Shown: positions 14,310 through 28,778 of the stretch, piece by piece
How positions within the stretch are numbered: position 1 is the first letter of the stretch
Layout: each line of letters opens with the position of its first letter
Origin: Camelus dromedarius
Lineage: Eukaryota
Direction of reading: 5' to 3'
Assembly: GCF_036321535.1 (NCBI RefSeq)
Contig: NC_087436.1
Location: 91,328,001 to 91,392,000 of the forward strand
Length of the DNA stretch: 64,000 bases
Translations under genes and position numbers: made by a program
The notes under the pieces: generated by a model
Databases searched by the model: none
What the model was told of the DNA's origin: nothing
Seen by the model: the letters and a program-made list of their open reading frames with translations, nothing else

Positions 14310-15027
14310 ATTAGAGCATGAAACTGGTAAGCAGAATCACCAGAATTACACAATGGGTGTTCCCATGCCCATACATGCATATGTATATTTTCTTACTAGA
14401 AGAGCAAAAATATTGCACAAAATTAACAACATTTTTATTCCACTTCTTGATATGCCCACATTCTGCCAGCACACCACTTTGCCTTACTAATGACTACAGA
14501 ACAGAAAGAAAAAAAGAACTAGGGATTTCCCTATTTTTCCTTTTCTTCCTATGCTATTAGTTTTAGCATAATGATGACTAAGGAAGGATATGGTAGGATT
14601 CCTTGGTCCTTCTCATTACTTGGAGTGCCATTGCTTTCCTTCTGCATTCAAGTGAGTTCTGGTTGAGAGCATGACCTCTAGGGGCTGTCAGAACTGCACC
14701 CTTCTCTTCCTGCCCCCCTTACCCAGTGTTAAGGTAAGATGTCTATACTTGCTTTGAGTCTCACTCAACTCTTACAGTCATGAGGCATCCAAATGCCATC
14801 TGCAAATAGAGTGACAAGGAACTGGGACAATTCTGCTTATCTCCTCTGCTCACACGTATGCTCCCTTGTCCTAGTGGGCTTCACTCACAAAACACAAGTT
14901 TAAAGAGTAAATTCTTATTTTAAGACAGTCATGGCAAAGCATTAAACCAAGCATGAGGTAATCCTGAGTGTGGAAACCTCAGGATTTGTGTAACTGCACA
15001 GATGATAAACCCATGAAATCTATCTTG
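14310..15027 (-). mobile_element. MER45-family hAT-Tip100 DNA transposon
   Basis: tatctcctctgctcacacgtatgctcc..cttcactcacaaaacacaagtttaaaga..agcattaaaccaagc..aactgcacag..cccatgaa resembles the reverse complement of the MER45 5' end as recalled. Confidence 0.7.
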
Positions 15028-15599
15028 TCTTTAACCCAAAAACTAATTAGAAGATTGTTTTAAAATATCCAAATATTAAAAAAAAAAAATGTTCAGCTAC
15101 TATTTTTTACCTCTGTCATTCAGGGATTTTTACCTCATTAGTCATTTATTGATAAATATTCTCCTCATAATTTTCAAAGTACTGTTTTCATTTGATTTTT
15201 TTTATCTTTGACAATACATAGTAAATTGTTTTATTGTTCACTTACTTTGTTCCATTTTGTTTTTTCTTGTAATTATTACATGCATGCTTTGTATGTTTAT
15301 TCTTCTAGTAGTTTAAAATTTTTAACACATGCTTCACATAATTCCCAACAATATATAGAATTAACATCTATAGTCTTTTCAGCAAGACAGTATCCTTAGT
15401 ATGTTATGACTTTCTCTCAGCCTGCTCGCTTTCCCTCTTGTAATCATTTGATGCTAGTTCCAGATGGCTAATATAACCATATTTATATTATGACTTACTG
15501 ATTTCTTTTTTCAAGAATTTTTCTTATATTCTTTATCTTTCTTAAAAAAAAGAGGCGAAGCTTCTTTTTCTGAGGGCTTCAGACATGTATGTGTTTAAA

Positions 15600-16615
15600 A
15601 GCTTACCTGAGGTTCTACTTGGATATAGTCAACTGTCTAAATTCAGTAAGTTTACCACAAACAAATTCATGGTTATTTTTTCATAAACCTAGTTCTCTTC
15701 CAATATCTATTATTTCAATATGATAGAACCATCCAATCCATTAGAAAGGCCATAAACCTAAGTGTCACCACTGATACCTCCAGGATCTCCCTGACAACCC
15801 TGTCTTCTTACCCACAGACAATTCTTCACTAGTTCCTATTGGCTTTTACTTTTTAAAATTCTCCGATATTTTTCACTTCTTTCCATCACCACCACCACCA
15901 TCACCACCACCAGCATTTTATGCTAATGTGTCCTCATCTCTCACCTGGGAAACAGGGAAAGGCTTCTAGTTGCTGCTGCTCTGTCTGCCTGCACACAGTC
16001 CCCTGCCAAGCCATTCCTCTCTCATTTCAGGGTGATTGTTACAAAATACAAATTTGCTCTTGTTCCCTACCTGCTTAAATTGCTTTGTTGTACTCCTCGG
16101 TTTAAATTGCTTTGTTGCACTCCTTTTTCTCATTGGACAAATACTAAATTTCTTTGTGGTGCCTGACAAGAACTTGAACTATCTGGCACTCATCAGCCTC
16201 TGGGATTCAACTTGGGTTGTGCTCCACCTGTGCTGCCTTTATTTAGTTTTTGCAACTTTTCACACTTCACTGCAAATAGGACCTTGCTCATGCTCTTAAC
16301 CTCTTGCTCCTCCTCCCCTGCTCAGCCAGTACCTCCTATAATTGTTTTACCTTCATGATGGCTTCCTGAGAAAAGCCCATCCTTTACGTTTTGGAAAATG
16401 TGATTTCCCAAAATATATTATCATGTTACCAGTTTACACAGCTCTTATCTCAGTATAATTCTGCATTATTTTGTGTGAATATTAAGTGAATATCCATCTT
16501 TATCACTAGATAAATTAAATTTCATGGTACATTCTCCATATTTCTAGCAAGATGTCTTCCATGTATTGGCTCTCAATAAATATTTATTAAATTTATTAAA
16601 CTGACAAATGAATGA
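15600..16615 (+). mobile_element. L2 3' portion
   Basis: L2 motifs (tcatctctcacctgg, ttccctacctgcttaaa) ending in ctcaataaatatttatt...aatgaatga. Confidence 0.65.
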
Positions 16616-19600
16616 GCTGATTTTCATTTTTGCTGAAGTATAATATTGACAAATACTTTCAATGAGAACTTTTGTTTGTCTCCACAAATATCCTATATTT
16701 GAATGCTAAGATAACTAGGAGTAGGTCTCTAAGTTCAAGCTATTTTTTCCTAAAACCTTCCAAAGTTTTGCTTCATGGTCTTCTAGAAATCAGATTGGTC
16801 GTTGAAATTTTCAAGTTCAAATTTCTTCTTAAACTTTTGTCTGTAGGATGCTTTATTTCCCTCTGGAAGTTTTTAGGACCCTCTCTTTACCCTTGAAATT
16901 CTGAAAATTCACTGAGATGCATTTAGGTATGACTTTCTCTTAATTTACGTTGTTTGGAACTCAGTAGCACTTTCAATCTGAAAGGTATCTCTGTTTATTA
17001 TAACCTATGAACATTTTTCTTTTATAATTTCTTTTTTTTTTTTTTTTTTTTTTTATTGCCACTGCTTTCACTCCAATCTTTCTTTTTAAGAATTCCTGAT
17101 AGTCAGATACGGACATGCTGGATTGATTCTTAACTTACACTTCATCTATATATCACTTTGTTGCAAATTCTAAGAAATGTCTATGACATTTTATTTCAGA
17201 GTACTAGTTTGATTTTTAGCCCTGTTTTTCTATGTGTTCATTTTATCACTTAGTCTACTTTTTACAGAAAATATTTACTTCCAAAGAAATGTTTTTTTAT
17301 CAGTTGTCAACTCTCTAAATATTCAATATTCTCTCCTTTCTCTCTGAGGATTCTAAATAGAATTTTTAAATTCTCTTCTACTTTTCAGGCAAAAACACTT
17401 TTGTTGTTTATCCAAGTCTCTCTCTTTAATGCTCTTATTTATGTAAAGATGCCTATTAATTTTTGCTTTCTGTTTATATTAATGATGAATGACTAGACTG
17501 CTAAGTAGGTAGATGGCATGGGTTTCACCTAGCAGAGTTTCAGATTTCTTTGCCCAACAGTGTATTTCAGTGCCTGGGCTCTGCCTCAAATGGGAGAGGG
17601 GTTGTGTCTTGACTGGATGACCTTACTTTAGAATGAATTGATATTTAACTAGCATGTAAGCTGAGTCCTTCCCAACTCCACAGTACTCAACTCTCACCTG
17701 CAGTCAAATCAAGGAGAGATTTTTGTTTGTTTCTGTTTTGGCTGGGAGCATCTCCTTTGTTCTTTAGAGTCCCATCCAACCCTGCCCACTCTCTCACTGA
17801 TGGATGGCAAAGATCTGGAATCACTTCAAAGCCCCAATCCTTCATCCACTGAAGTAATTATTCTCATTATCCTCTAGAGAGCTGTAGGGTTTTTGCCCTG
17901 GGTTCAGTGCCTCTGCTGCTTTCTGCTTAGTGAAATGGACAGCCCAGCCTTATATGCAAGACCCAGGTCTTCTGATGATTAACCCAAGATTTCTTCCATC
18001 TCTTTTATTAATTTACTCTGGGTTTTGAGTTCTACTGAATCATTTTTTCTCTTTTCTTTTTTCCTGTGAATGTGTCAAGCTAATGTTTTTCCCTACTCTT
18101 ATTTTAGACTGATCCCACCTGCTTTTGGTCACCCAGAATTTTCCCAGTATCTGTTCTGTTCATGACAGTTTTCATGCTTTCTAGAACTGTCAAGGATTTA
18201 GTTCATTTATTCTCTTTCTCCTCCACCTTCAAGATAACATTTTAAAGGTTTTGTAACAGATTAAAAAAAATTGCCTGCCATCTTGATTAAATCTCCTCCA
18301 TTTCTTTTTCTGTCCCTTCTAGGCTGTATTACATGAGAGCAGGGTATGTTCTGTAGTCACAATGCCATATTTTCTGGTAGTTTTCTATAAATATATAGTA
18401 CTAATAAAAGTGATGTGGATTTAATTCATTTTTTCTTATAATTACTTTGAGTTCTCTAGAATGCACTATACTAAAAGTTAATATTTTTAATAAAACTTGT
18501 CTTACCAGAAATTGAATTATAAAACAATCTTTTTGTTATTAATAAAGTGGTTAAAGGGTAGAACAATTTAGACACATAATACTGAAGATTTTGATTATAA
18601 AGCCTTTTCTAATTATATGTATATTTTTGCTATTGAAAACAAAAATGATAAAAATTGTTAGAACAAAACCAATAAAAAGCAAACATTAACCATTGTCATT
18701 TGCTCTTTGATCTACAAAATCAGAATATTCTCGGTATTCTATTTGACCTTTGGCCTTGACCTTGCAGGTTTGCTTGCAAAATAGTCACAATTTATTAAAA
18801 GCAAATGGAACAGCCAGCCACTCAAGCAAAAGAGTTGTGAGTCTTTAGTCATTGATTAAACATGTTTTTTATACTTTTCTAATGCAGTCACAATTGTATT
18901 AAAATCAATTATAATGTAAATCATAATTTCTGATTAATTAGTGGTCTTTAGATATAGTCTTTATTATTGAGTAACTGTAGCCCTAGTTTAGTTCTTTGTT
19001 ATGGAAATTTTTTATCCTAAAAGGAATGCATGTGTTTGAATTTTTCATTCAAATCACACATACTTGTTTAAAGTTTTATAAAGGGAACAAAGAGGGATCC
19101 CCCCAGATCACTTTCACTGAGCTATATAAAGTCAAAGCAGACTATTCATTTCTGGGACTCCTGTGTCTTCAGCACTTCATGGAGAGTTATTCAAAATGCA
19201 TATTGGGAGCATATTCTTTTACTAATGCTGCCTATATTTTAAAAGTTCTATCTTCAAGCTTTTAATGGATAGTTATTAATATATCTTGTAATTAAATGTG
19301 GCTTTCCAAATGCATTCCTAGTGCAGATTCCTTTTTTACAGTCATTTGATTGATTTACGTACAAGATGTTACCAATACATTTTTTCATCTTGTAATAGTT
19401 TCATTAACACCAACTTACAATCTTTTACTTTTAATCTGTAAGGCTTTAATGTCAGAAAAGGAGATTGATGTTGCTGCTGCTATTGAAATATTAGGCTTAG
19501 AATAAAGTGAAATATAAAGTGGCATGAAAAGTTCAAGGCATCTAACCTTGACAGAAGCTACTCATTATTTAATAAGGTTCCAAAAGCTCTTAGCAGAAAT

Positions 19601-20002
19601 TCCTGGCCTTATGTCGGAAACTTTTCCTGATCAAGAGGCACACATCACTGAAAGGTTCAGTCTTAAATGTGCCTTATTAAACAAATTTAATTCTGATATT
19701 TGGGAGTTATAGTATCTGACAAGTCATGAGTCCTAAGATAATTCCTTTGTCCTCTCCATTTCCTCTCTGCGTAAATCTACATCGTCTTACCTATTTTCCT
19801 AATGATTTTCACTCTATAAATTTTAAAGTGGAATTCACATTTAAATATAAAATTTTCCTTTAAACCGTACTGATTTCTTGTCTGTGCCTATCCAGTTAAT
19901 GTAGAAAAGCCTTTTGTATTGGTCTAAATTTACAAAAAAAAAAAAAAATGTGTTTCAGAGGATATTGCAAAATAAGCATTTGTTTTAAAATGGGAACATC
20001 TT

Positions 20003-21535
20003 AATTTTTTTATTGAAGTATAGTTGATTTACAATGTTATATTAGTTTCAGTTGTACAGCAAAGTGGTTCAGTTGTACATAGATATATTTTTTTTCAGAT
20101 TCTTTTCCATTATAGATTATTACAAGATACTGAGTATAGTTCCTTGTGGTATACAGTAGGTCCTTGTTGGTTATTTATTTTGTATATAGTAGTGTGTATA
20201 TGTTCATCTCAAATTCTGAACTTATCCTTCCCCCCTTTCTCCTTTGGTAACCATAAATTTGTTTTGTATGTCTGTGAGTCTATTTTTGTTTTGTAAATGA
20301 GTTCATTTGTATCATTTCTGTAGATTCCATGTATAAGCAATATCACATGGTATTTGTCTTTGTCTGACTCACTTCACTTGGTATGATAATCTCTAGGTCC
20401 ATCCATGTTGCTGCAAATGGCATTATTTCAATTTTTTTATGACTTAGTAATATGCCTTTGTGTGTGTGTATATATATACATATATATGTACATATACACC
20501 AATCTTTTTTATCCATTCATCTGTTAATGAATGTTTAGTTTGCTTCTATGTCTTGGCTATTGTAAATAGTGCTGCTATGAACATTGGGGTTGTATGTGTC
20601 TTTTGAGATTAGAGTTTTCTCTGGACACATGCCCAGGAGTGGGATTGCTAGATCATATGGTAACTCCATTTTTAGATTTTGAAGGAACCTTCTTATTGTC
20701 CTCCATGGTGGCTGTACCAGTTTACAGTCTCACCAACAGTGTAGATGGATTCCTTTTTCTCCACACCCTCTCCAGTATTTATTATTCATAGGCTTTTTGA
20801 TGATGGCCATTTTGACAGGTGTGAGGTGATAATTCAGTTGTAGTTTTGATTTGCATTTATCTAATAATTAGTGATGTGGAACATCTTTTCATGTGCCTGT
20901 TGGCCATCTATATGTCTTCTTTGGAGAAATATATATTTAAGTCTTTTGCCCATTGTTGATTGGGTTATTTGTTTTTTGAGATTGAGCTGTGTGAGCTGTT
21001 TGTATATTTTGTAAATTAATCTCTGGCTGTCTCATTATTTGCAAATATTTTCTTCCATTTCCTAGGTTGTCTTTTCAGTTTGTTTATGGCTCCCTTTGCT
21101 GTGAAAAGGCTTTTGAATTTAATTAGGCCCTATTTTTTAATTTTTGTTTTTATTTCCATTACTCTAGGAGATGGATTCAAGAAAATATTGCTGCAATTTA
21201 TGTCAGAGTTTTCTGCCTATGTTTTCCTCTAGGAGTTTTATAGTATCCAGTCTCACATTTAGGTCTTTAATCCATTTGAGTTTATTTTTTGTATATAGTA
21301 TTAAAGAATGTTCTAATTTCATTCTTTTACATGTAGCTGTCTAGTTTCCCCAGCACCACTCATTGAAGAGATTGTCTTTTCTTCATTGTATAATCTTGCC
21401 TCCTTTGTCATAGATAAATTAACTGTAAGTGGGTGAGTTTATTTCTGGGCTTTCTATCCTGTTTAATTGATCTGTGTGTCTGTTTTTATGCCATTATCAT
21501 ACTGTTTTGATTACTGTAGCTTTGTAGTATAATCT
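20003..21535 (-). mobile_element. 5'-truncated L1, ~1.5 kb (ORF2 C-terminal part plus 3'UTR)
   Basis: T-run then ttattgaagtatagttgatttacaat; well-preserved antisense ORF2 motifs (ccagcaccactcattgaagag, ttttgattactgtagctttgtagtat). Confidence 0.93.
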
Positions 21536-21643
21536 ATAATTCAGCTCCAATATCATCCAGTTATTAAGGATAATATCACATTCACACATATAAATGCCAT
21601 CACTCAGCATTGACCAAGGGCCATACATTAGACTAAATAGACT

Positions 21644-22128
21644 TGTGTCAGTTCCCAATGGCTGCTGTAACAAATTACCATACATTTGGTGGCTTAAAAC
21701 AACAGAAATTTATTCTTTCACAGTTCCAGTGGCCTGAAGCCCAAAATCATTTTTACCAGGTGGAAATCAAGCTGACAGCAGGGCCACACTGGCTGCAGAG
21801 GCTCAAGGGGAAAATCTATCACTTGCCTCTTCCAGCGCTGGTGGTGATCGGCATACCTTGGTTAGTAGCCACACCAATCTAGTCTCTCACTCTGCGATCC
21901 CATTGCCTCCTCATCCCATATGTGTATGTGTGTCAAATCTCCCTCAAAGTCCTTCTTGCAAGGATATCTGTGATTGATTTAGGCTCCAATTCGATAATCC
22001 AGAATAATATAACCATCCACAAATCCTTCATCACACCTACTAAGACTTTATCACATGAGGTGACATTTACAGGTTTCAAGGATTAGGACCTGCTACCTTT
22101 TCGGGGGCTACTTTTCAGCCTATCGTAA
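21644..22128 (-). mobile_element. MaLR solo LTR (MLT1C/D-like)
   Basis: ggctgctgtaacaaattacca..ggtggcttaaaacaacagaaatttattct..ggattaggacctg..ttcagccta. Confidence 0.85.
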
Positions 22129-23709
22129 GGCTCTTCCTTGCACATCTTTCCTCAAAGCAATTCTAAGAAGGAGGTACCATATTTTTAATCCCTCTTAAGC
22201 AGAATAGGAAAATGACTCTCAAAGACAGATGTTGGCACACAGTGAGTAGATGTCAGAACTTGACTTTAAGCACAGTTTTGCTATTTTCAAAACCTGAGCA
22301 TTTTTTTTTTATTGTCAACACAACATGGAATTAAACTGTGATGTGAGCATGGATGTTTCCATTTTCCATTCACTCTAGTGACTCTGCACTGAACTGGCTC
22401 TGTAACAGACACACTTCTATAAATCTCAAAGTGAAAGAGGTGGCACTCACATTAAATAGTATGGCAACTGTAAGAAGTTGCATCCCGTAGCCATTGTTGA
22501 AAGTACTTGAAAACGTTTCTTGGTTGGCAGACACTCAGAATCTGAAGAGATCTGACAAATAAAAATCCCCTCGACTATGACTTTCTGCCTGCAGTCGCTG
22601 CTGCTCCTGTAACCCAAGAGTATTATCCTGTTTTTTTTTTTTTTACCTCTTCACAAGCTCTCCTTCCTCTGTTGTCATTGACAGTTTTTTCTTTAGTATT
22701 TTATAACAGGCAGGGATAATTCACAGCCAGCATTTTTTTTTTCTATCAATTTGTTACACACGGCACACCATAAGTGCACCCCAACCTACATCTACAAGTG
22801 CCCTTTCCTTCCTCCCACAGCTATCAGATATGTTGTGGATATACAACTTCTCATTAGTCATTGCTGAGCACCACGAGGGTGTTAGGATCCAGTTTATAAA
22901 CGTGGAACAAGCAAGAGTAAGCTGGTGTTGACAAATCTGAAAAGCAGATAAATTATCCCTGTTATACAGTATGTGCCTGTGAAAAAGGAGGTCACTAGAA
23001 GGTGGCTTCCTCAGCACTTGGGGGAAAACAGCCAGACAGCAATAATGAGGGATAGTAGATTTGGATGTGGGAACCTGAGAATGAGCAGCTCTTAATTTCA
23101 GGATCCAAAAGGAGCCTGGGTATCTTTCGGGAGCTCTTGTTTTTCTTTCTTTTTTTTTAATTAAAAAAAATTTTTAAAATACAAAATGTGTGCATGGGCC
23201 ACAGAATCGTAGCTCCCATGAGTGAAATGTGGAGATCAGTTTTAAATGAAGACTTTTTGGACTTGTTGCAAGGTGTCAGTGACCATTTTGCATGTGATAG
23301 GGGTTCTGAATGGACACATGAACGCTTAATACCTTTCCTCCTCGATGTATTTACGTGCCAGTATTAGGTACAATCACGTAAGTGATGTAGAATTCTTCCG
23401 CACAACAAAGAAAATTGTTTTTCCTTATTATGTATGTTCCCCGATACTTTTTATTTCTCTTTAATAACCTAAAAGTGATAACATAGGGACCTTTTCAAAG
23501 GAATATTTTCACTTACTAGAGAGACTGTGAGGTCCTTCTTACAGATTACTGCCAAAGGCTCGTGTCTTCTTTGTTTTTTGTTTGTTTGTTACACACTGTA
23601 AACATAGTTACACTTGGGTTTATCTGTTTTAGTTAAAACAAAAGAAGATTTCTTTGGGGACTAAACAATTTCCTATGTGCTCAGACGTTCTTTTATAGCT
23701 TACACTAAT

Positions 23710-24560
23710 TTCACTGAATTCAGTTCAGCAAACAGTTACTGGATTATCATGAGCCTTGTCATGGGGGTGGCACTCCAGGAAATACAAAGATAAAAGGGAA
23801 AGAATCACTGTTCTGCAGTGACTAACAGAGGTGGTATGTGTGTTTGTGTGTGTGTGTTTTGTGGGGCAGAACACAAGGATGAAAGTTAAAATTCCTATAG
23901 AAATAACTATTATTTAAGACAAGACAGGCTCAACACTTGGTAGGTTCATACAAACTGCGATGGGTCATTAAGAGAACAATAACAAGAATTCACAACCAAA
24001 ATGTGAGAACGGAAGGTTTTATGCTGAAAGCACCATTTGGAACAAACTTTGAAGGCTATGGGGCAGGGGAGGGACACAACCCAGAGAGAGTGAAACTGGC
24101 ATAGATGATGCAGGCGTTTACCAGGAATTAGTGTCCTCTGGCTGCTTTGTGAGGAGCACTACGAGATGGGCTGGGACAATCCTTTCTTTGGGTCACCCTG
24201 AGGACAGTTCTCGGTGCCAAAATGTGGCATTCAAATTTCGTTACATGTGCAGAGGAACTATTTAGAAGGATTTGTTTTGTTTTGTACATGGGAGAACACT
24301 TGGTGGAATTAGACTTTAGGAATATTTATTTAGCAATGGTGTAGAGAATAGTTTGAAATGGGACTAAAATGGAGTCAGAGAACTGATTAGGAGACAGAAA
24401 TAATGAGAGCCCTGTTATAAGCGGTGAAAATGGGAATAGCAATGAAGGGATAGATTCAAGAGCTACTGTAAGTGCAAAATTAATAAGACGTGGAAAGTAG
24501 TTGGAAATAAAAGATGAATGCATTGGGTAGCGAAAGGTGACTTGGATGTCATCTGCAGCA
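23710..24560 (-). mobile_element. Degraded L2
   Basis: attcagttcagcaaacagtt start; ttagactttaggaatattt..ggagacagaaataatgag resemble antisense L2. Confidence 0.5.
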
Positions 24561-24798
24561 ATAATGAACAAGAAGACACAGACTTACAGAATGGGACAAA
24601 GACGGTAAGATTAGTTTGGAAACCTCCTCCGACATGTGTTCCATCAAATGTGTATTTTCTCGCACACTTTTTCCTAGCTGTATTACATTTGCCTGTTCAC
24701 TCTATTTGTATCTTTGATTCGATGATAAAACAAATCAACCCCTTGAACTGAGTGACAGAAGGAAATTTAAGACACAGCCTCAGCCGTCATGGAAATCA

Positions 24799-25031
24799 CA
24801 GTTAAGCCTTCAGCAACATGGGTGTGAACTTCACGGGTCCACTGCCATGTAAATTTTTTTCAGTAGTAAATATTACAGTACTATGAATCCACAGTTGGTT
24901 GAATTCAAGGATACAGAATTGTGGATTCAGAGGAACTGCAGGTATGGGGGGCTGGCTATAACTTATACTTAGATTGTTGGCTGCACAGAGGATTGATGGT
25001 CCAAACCTCCATGCTGTTCAAGCGTCAACCG
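24799..25031. mobile_element. Tigger2/MER8-like non-autonomous TcMar element (233 bp)
   Basis: Degenerate terminal inverted repeats cagttaagccttcagcaacatgg ... ccatgctgttcaagcgtcaaccg (consensus CAGTTGACCCTTGAACAAC). Confidence 0.8.
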
Positions 25032-26949
25032 TTTAACCCTTTTGGGGAATATAGGACACTCGTTGTGTGACTTTGGAATGGACATTTGTGTGGGGATGAT
25101 GGGAGCATAATTACTGCTCCTGTGGTCATTTAGGTGAATGTTTAGTAACATAAAAGGTAGTGAATGCTAAATACCAAATGATTGATACAGTCAGTAGTGA
25201 ATACTATAGAAATTCAGAGGAGTGAAGATCATTCTCATTTTATTAATTTTGTTAAGCAATTACTCTGATCAAGTCGTCATGATAGGCTAGGCAGTCACCA
25301 TTTAAGGACGGAGAGACACACTGTACGTAAATAAGCACATTCAAAATTAACAGGTACAAGGAGAGTCAGAAGAGTGGGTTAGTGACTAATCATGTCAGTG
25401 TGGGAAAAAGAATGCTACAGCATGTTTCTCTTTATAAATTACCCTTCTTTTCTTTTCTCTTTTATTCACTTTCATTCATAGAAGTGGTCAAGTAATAATA
25501 GTAAAGATTATTAAAAACATAAAGAAATGAGTTTAATTTTTCTTATATAAAAATAATTTTTATTCATTTAAATAGCCTTTTTTTTTTACTCTTAAGATAA
25601 ATGCATCTCCTGTATGATCTTTAGGTTTCAATTTAACGTGAGATATTGCAGATTAGGGGGGAGCCACAGATACACAGGAGCTATGTATACAGAGGGGATG
25701 ACTGTAGTTTATATGCAGATTTTAATGGATGAATTGAAAATGATCCCCATCCCTTAGCTCATTCCAGTCACAATTCGCTTCGGCTCCATCCTTCGTGTCC
25801 TGTTCAGACTTTAGTTAGAGCCGCACTGCTGTGCTTGTCACCCTAAGCTTGAACTGCTTGACATCAGGGACTCTGTGTGTGCGTGTCCTTCCTGTTGAAG
25901 CTAACACTGTGCTTGGTCCATAGTAGGTGCTCAGCAAATGTTTATCAAAATCGAAATGGAGTTTTGTCTTTTGATTTAACTGCTTAATACTTAGAGGCAT
26001 GTGGTGCTAATATTAAAGATGGATCGGTTCTTTCTGTTCAAGTACCACATAACCATTCACACACCATAGAGTTTAGTACTATTAAAGGGTAATTTCCCTT
26101 CCGGGAATTGTGCCTGTTGCAGACACATTTTACATATTCAGTCTTTTTTATCATCACTAGGCAGGTAAAGAGATTAAAATAAAAGAGGTTTTTTTTTTTT
26201 TTTTTTTCAAGCATGCAGGTGTACACATAAACTTCATTTGGAAATGCCAGTGTTTTCCAAGAAAAAATGTGGAAGTACTCTTATTGAATGTGCCTATACT
26301 CAGAACTAATAGGCAGTCATATGCCTTTTTTAAAGATGAAAATATTAGTGTTTAATTTCTGTACTTCACTATTCACCCAAATGACTTAGAAAAGCTATCA
26401 TTTCCTCCTTTTTATATCAATGTAATAAAATCCAGTGAAATTAATTGAAAGCCCCGTTTTGCCGAATTTTACAGGTTTTGGGCCATTGTGATACCTTCAA
26501 TTTATTTTATTTTGTTTAATGTAATATTTTTACTATTACTTTTAATTCACACATTTTAATAACTCAAAAGAGAGCTTTTGTGTTCTGTTTTCTCCAGTAA
26601 ATTCCTCTTTGGACATAGAATGTAATACTTAATAGCCTCTCAAGTCTATTATGGAGAATTTTACAGCAAAATTGCTTTGACATATATTCTCTTCTTTCTT
26701 ATTATAGCCATGTGACTAGGAACTACTATTCTTATTTAATTTTTACTGGATAAAAACTAAAGCCCAAAGATGTAAATGACATGCCTGCAATTCATATGTT
26801 CCTAGGTTCATGGGTGGAGCCAAAATGAGAATGGAGTTTTTTGGATTCCTCAATCACTACTGTCAATATTCAGATAAACAAATATGTCATACCACAGCCA
26901 AGTAGCCCTGGATATTTATCCTGTTTAATAATAATAATTAACACCGTGA

Positions 26950-27130
26950 GCATTAATGCATGCCAGCCACATCCTAAGTACTTCACATGGGTTAGCTCAT
27001 TTAATTCTTACTGCAACTTGAAGTTTAAACATGAGTAAACAGAGGCCCAAGGAAAGTAAGTCACCTGACCAAGAAAACACACCTGGTAAGTTGTTAAACT
27101 GGGATGTAAGTCCAGCCAGTCTGCACTGTG
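26950..27130 (-). mobile_element. MIR SINE
   Basis: agctcatttaattcttac..aaacagaggcccaaggaaagtaagtcacctgaccaag. Confidence 0.7.
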
Positions 27131-28539
27131 CTGCCTTAGGCATCATTCTACTTGCTGGCATTTCAATAACAAGAATAGATTTAATGAAACAAATGTCAGT
27201 TGATAATGTCTTCTAGAACTACACTTCCTATCAGTGAACTTAGAGAAAGTTATCCTTGAACCCTGTAATTCTGTGAAGTACTTATATAGAAACTGAATTT
27301 GTTTCCCTATTCTAAGAGATAATTTCTATTAATGGTAACCTTTTAACATTTTACATTTAATATTAGAACTTTACTGCATGGAAAAGCCCTTTCTATTCAT
27401 TATATCATTTAGAATTACAGGACTTTATAACATAAAGGGATCTAGGGGCCAAGCCAAAAAAATTTAACCAACGAGGACCAAATATTATAGAGGTGACATT
27501 ACCAGCACAGAGTACTTGCTTAGAGAGTCTGAGTCAAGTGCAGACCCAGATCATCCAAGGCTATTCCCACACTAAAGAAAGATGTGAGCATAATAAAGGA
27601 GTGTAATATATGTTATGTGTGTGTGCACGTGTGTCCTGACTGCTCTTTTAAAAATTAATTGTGGAGCGGTGTGACCGAAGTAGCTGGCTTGCAGGTCTCC
27701 TTGGTAAGGCTGTAAATCCCCTTGAAAGACAATCAACTCTTAGCTGAAAATCCTAGTCTATTTAATGGCAAATAGACAGATGAAAAGTAAAAGATTTAAT
27801 TTCCCAAACACATTTCTAGCTATACATATGTTTTGGACTTTTAAATAATTAACTCCTTTTTAAAGTTAAATCTTAAATAGGTATGAGATGTATGTATTCA
27901 CTGTTTTGTTACTTACCCTAATAGTGGGTCATTATTCTCATTATGTGATGGAATAAAGCCCAGCTGATTAAGCCACCAAATCACTTTTCATTTTCTTTTC
28001 TTATATTGTATGATTGGTGCTGTAACTCAGAGGACAAAAGCACTTTAAGGAAGATCACTTAGGTATAGATTTGATTCTATTATGAGTTGAAGAGACACAG
28101 AATTTTCTGACAACCATGCTGTTCCCATATATGCAAGTCCTGGTGTTATTTAAATTATTATTTATGTCGTGCTGAAGGCATTTCAAGTGGCTTTGGATCA
28201 TTGAATAGAATGATGCAAGATTTTAAATTATCCCTGGAAGCCTACAATTAGCAGGCATCCACATGAAAACTAAGCAACGAGAGTAAATCATTATTTCCTC
28301 TTTATTTATTTTTCTTAAATTTCATGTCATGTAAAACAGATAAATTATATTCTTATTTTAGCTTAGTCCTAATTTAAATCCATTAAGTTATCAGTGATGA
28401 TTTAAAGTATGCCTAATCAAGTAGCAATAATGATATGTAACATGTTACGCATTAGCAAAAATTCTGACATAAATCAAAAGAAGACTGTTACTCTTAATGA
28501 TTTATATAGGAACTATCATAGTTTTCTATACATTCAAGA

Positions 28540-28740
28540 GTGTGTTCCTCAAATTAAAAACAGAACTACCATATGATGCAGCAATTCCATCCCTGGATAT
28601 TTATCCAAAGAAAATGAAAACACTAATTAGAAAAGATATCTTCACCTCTATGTTCACTGCAGCATTATTTGCAATAATTGAGATATGGAAGTAACCTAAG
28701 TGACAATCAATAGACAGATGGATAAAGAAGACGTGGTGTG

Positions 28741-28778
<38 letters not shown>

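Larger units (their letters stand above)
11780..17500 (-). mobile_element. Long old L1 (L1M-type) remnant with interposed elements
   Basis: T-rich strand with L1 ORF2-like antisense remnants (ttgattttttgtgtgttaatcttctatcca, attacttggtcatgata, ttttatttaggatttttacatct). Boundaries approximate. Confidence 0.6.

Noticed and set aside
22862..22882. Partial REST/NRSE-like motif AGCACCACG
   Set aside because: The right half-site GGACAG is absent.
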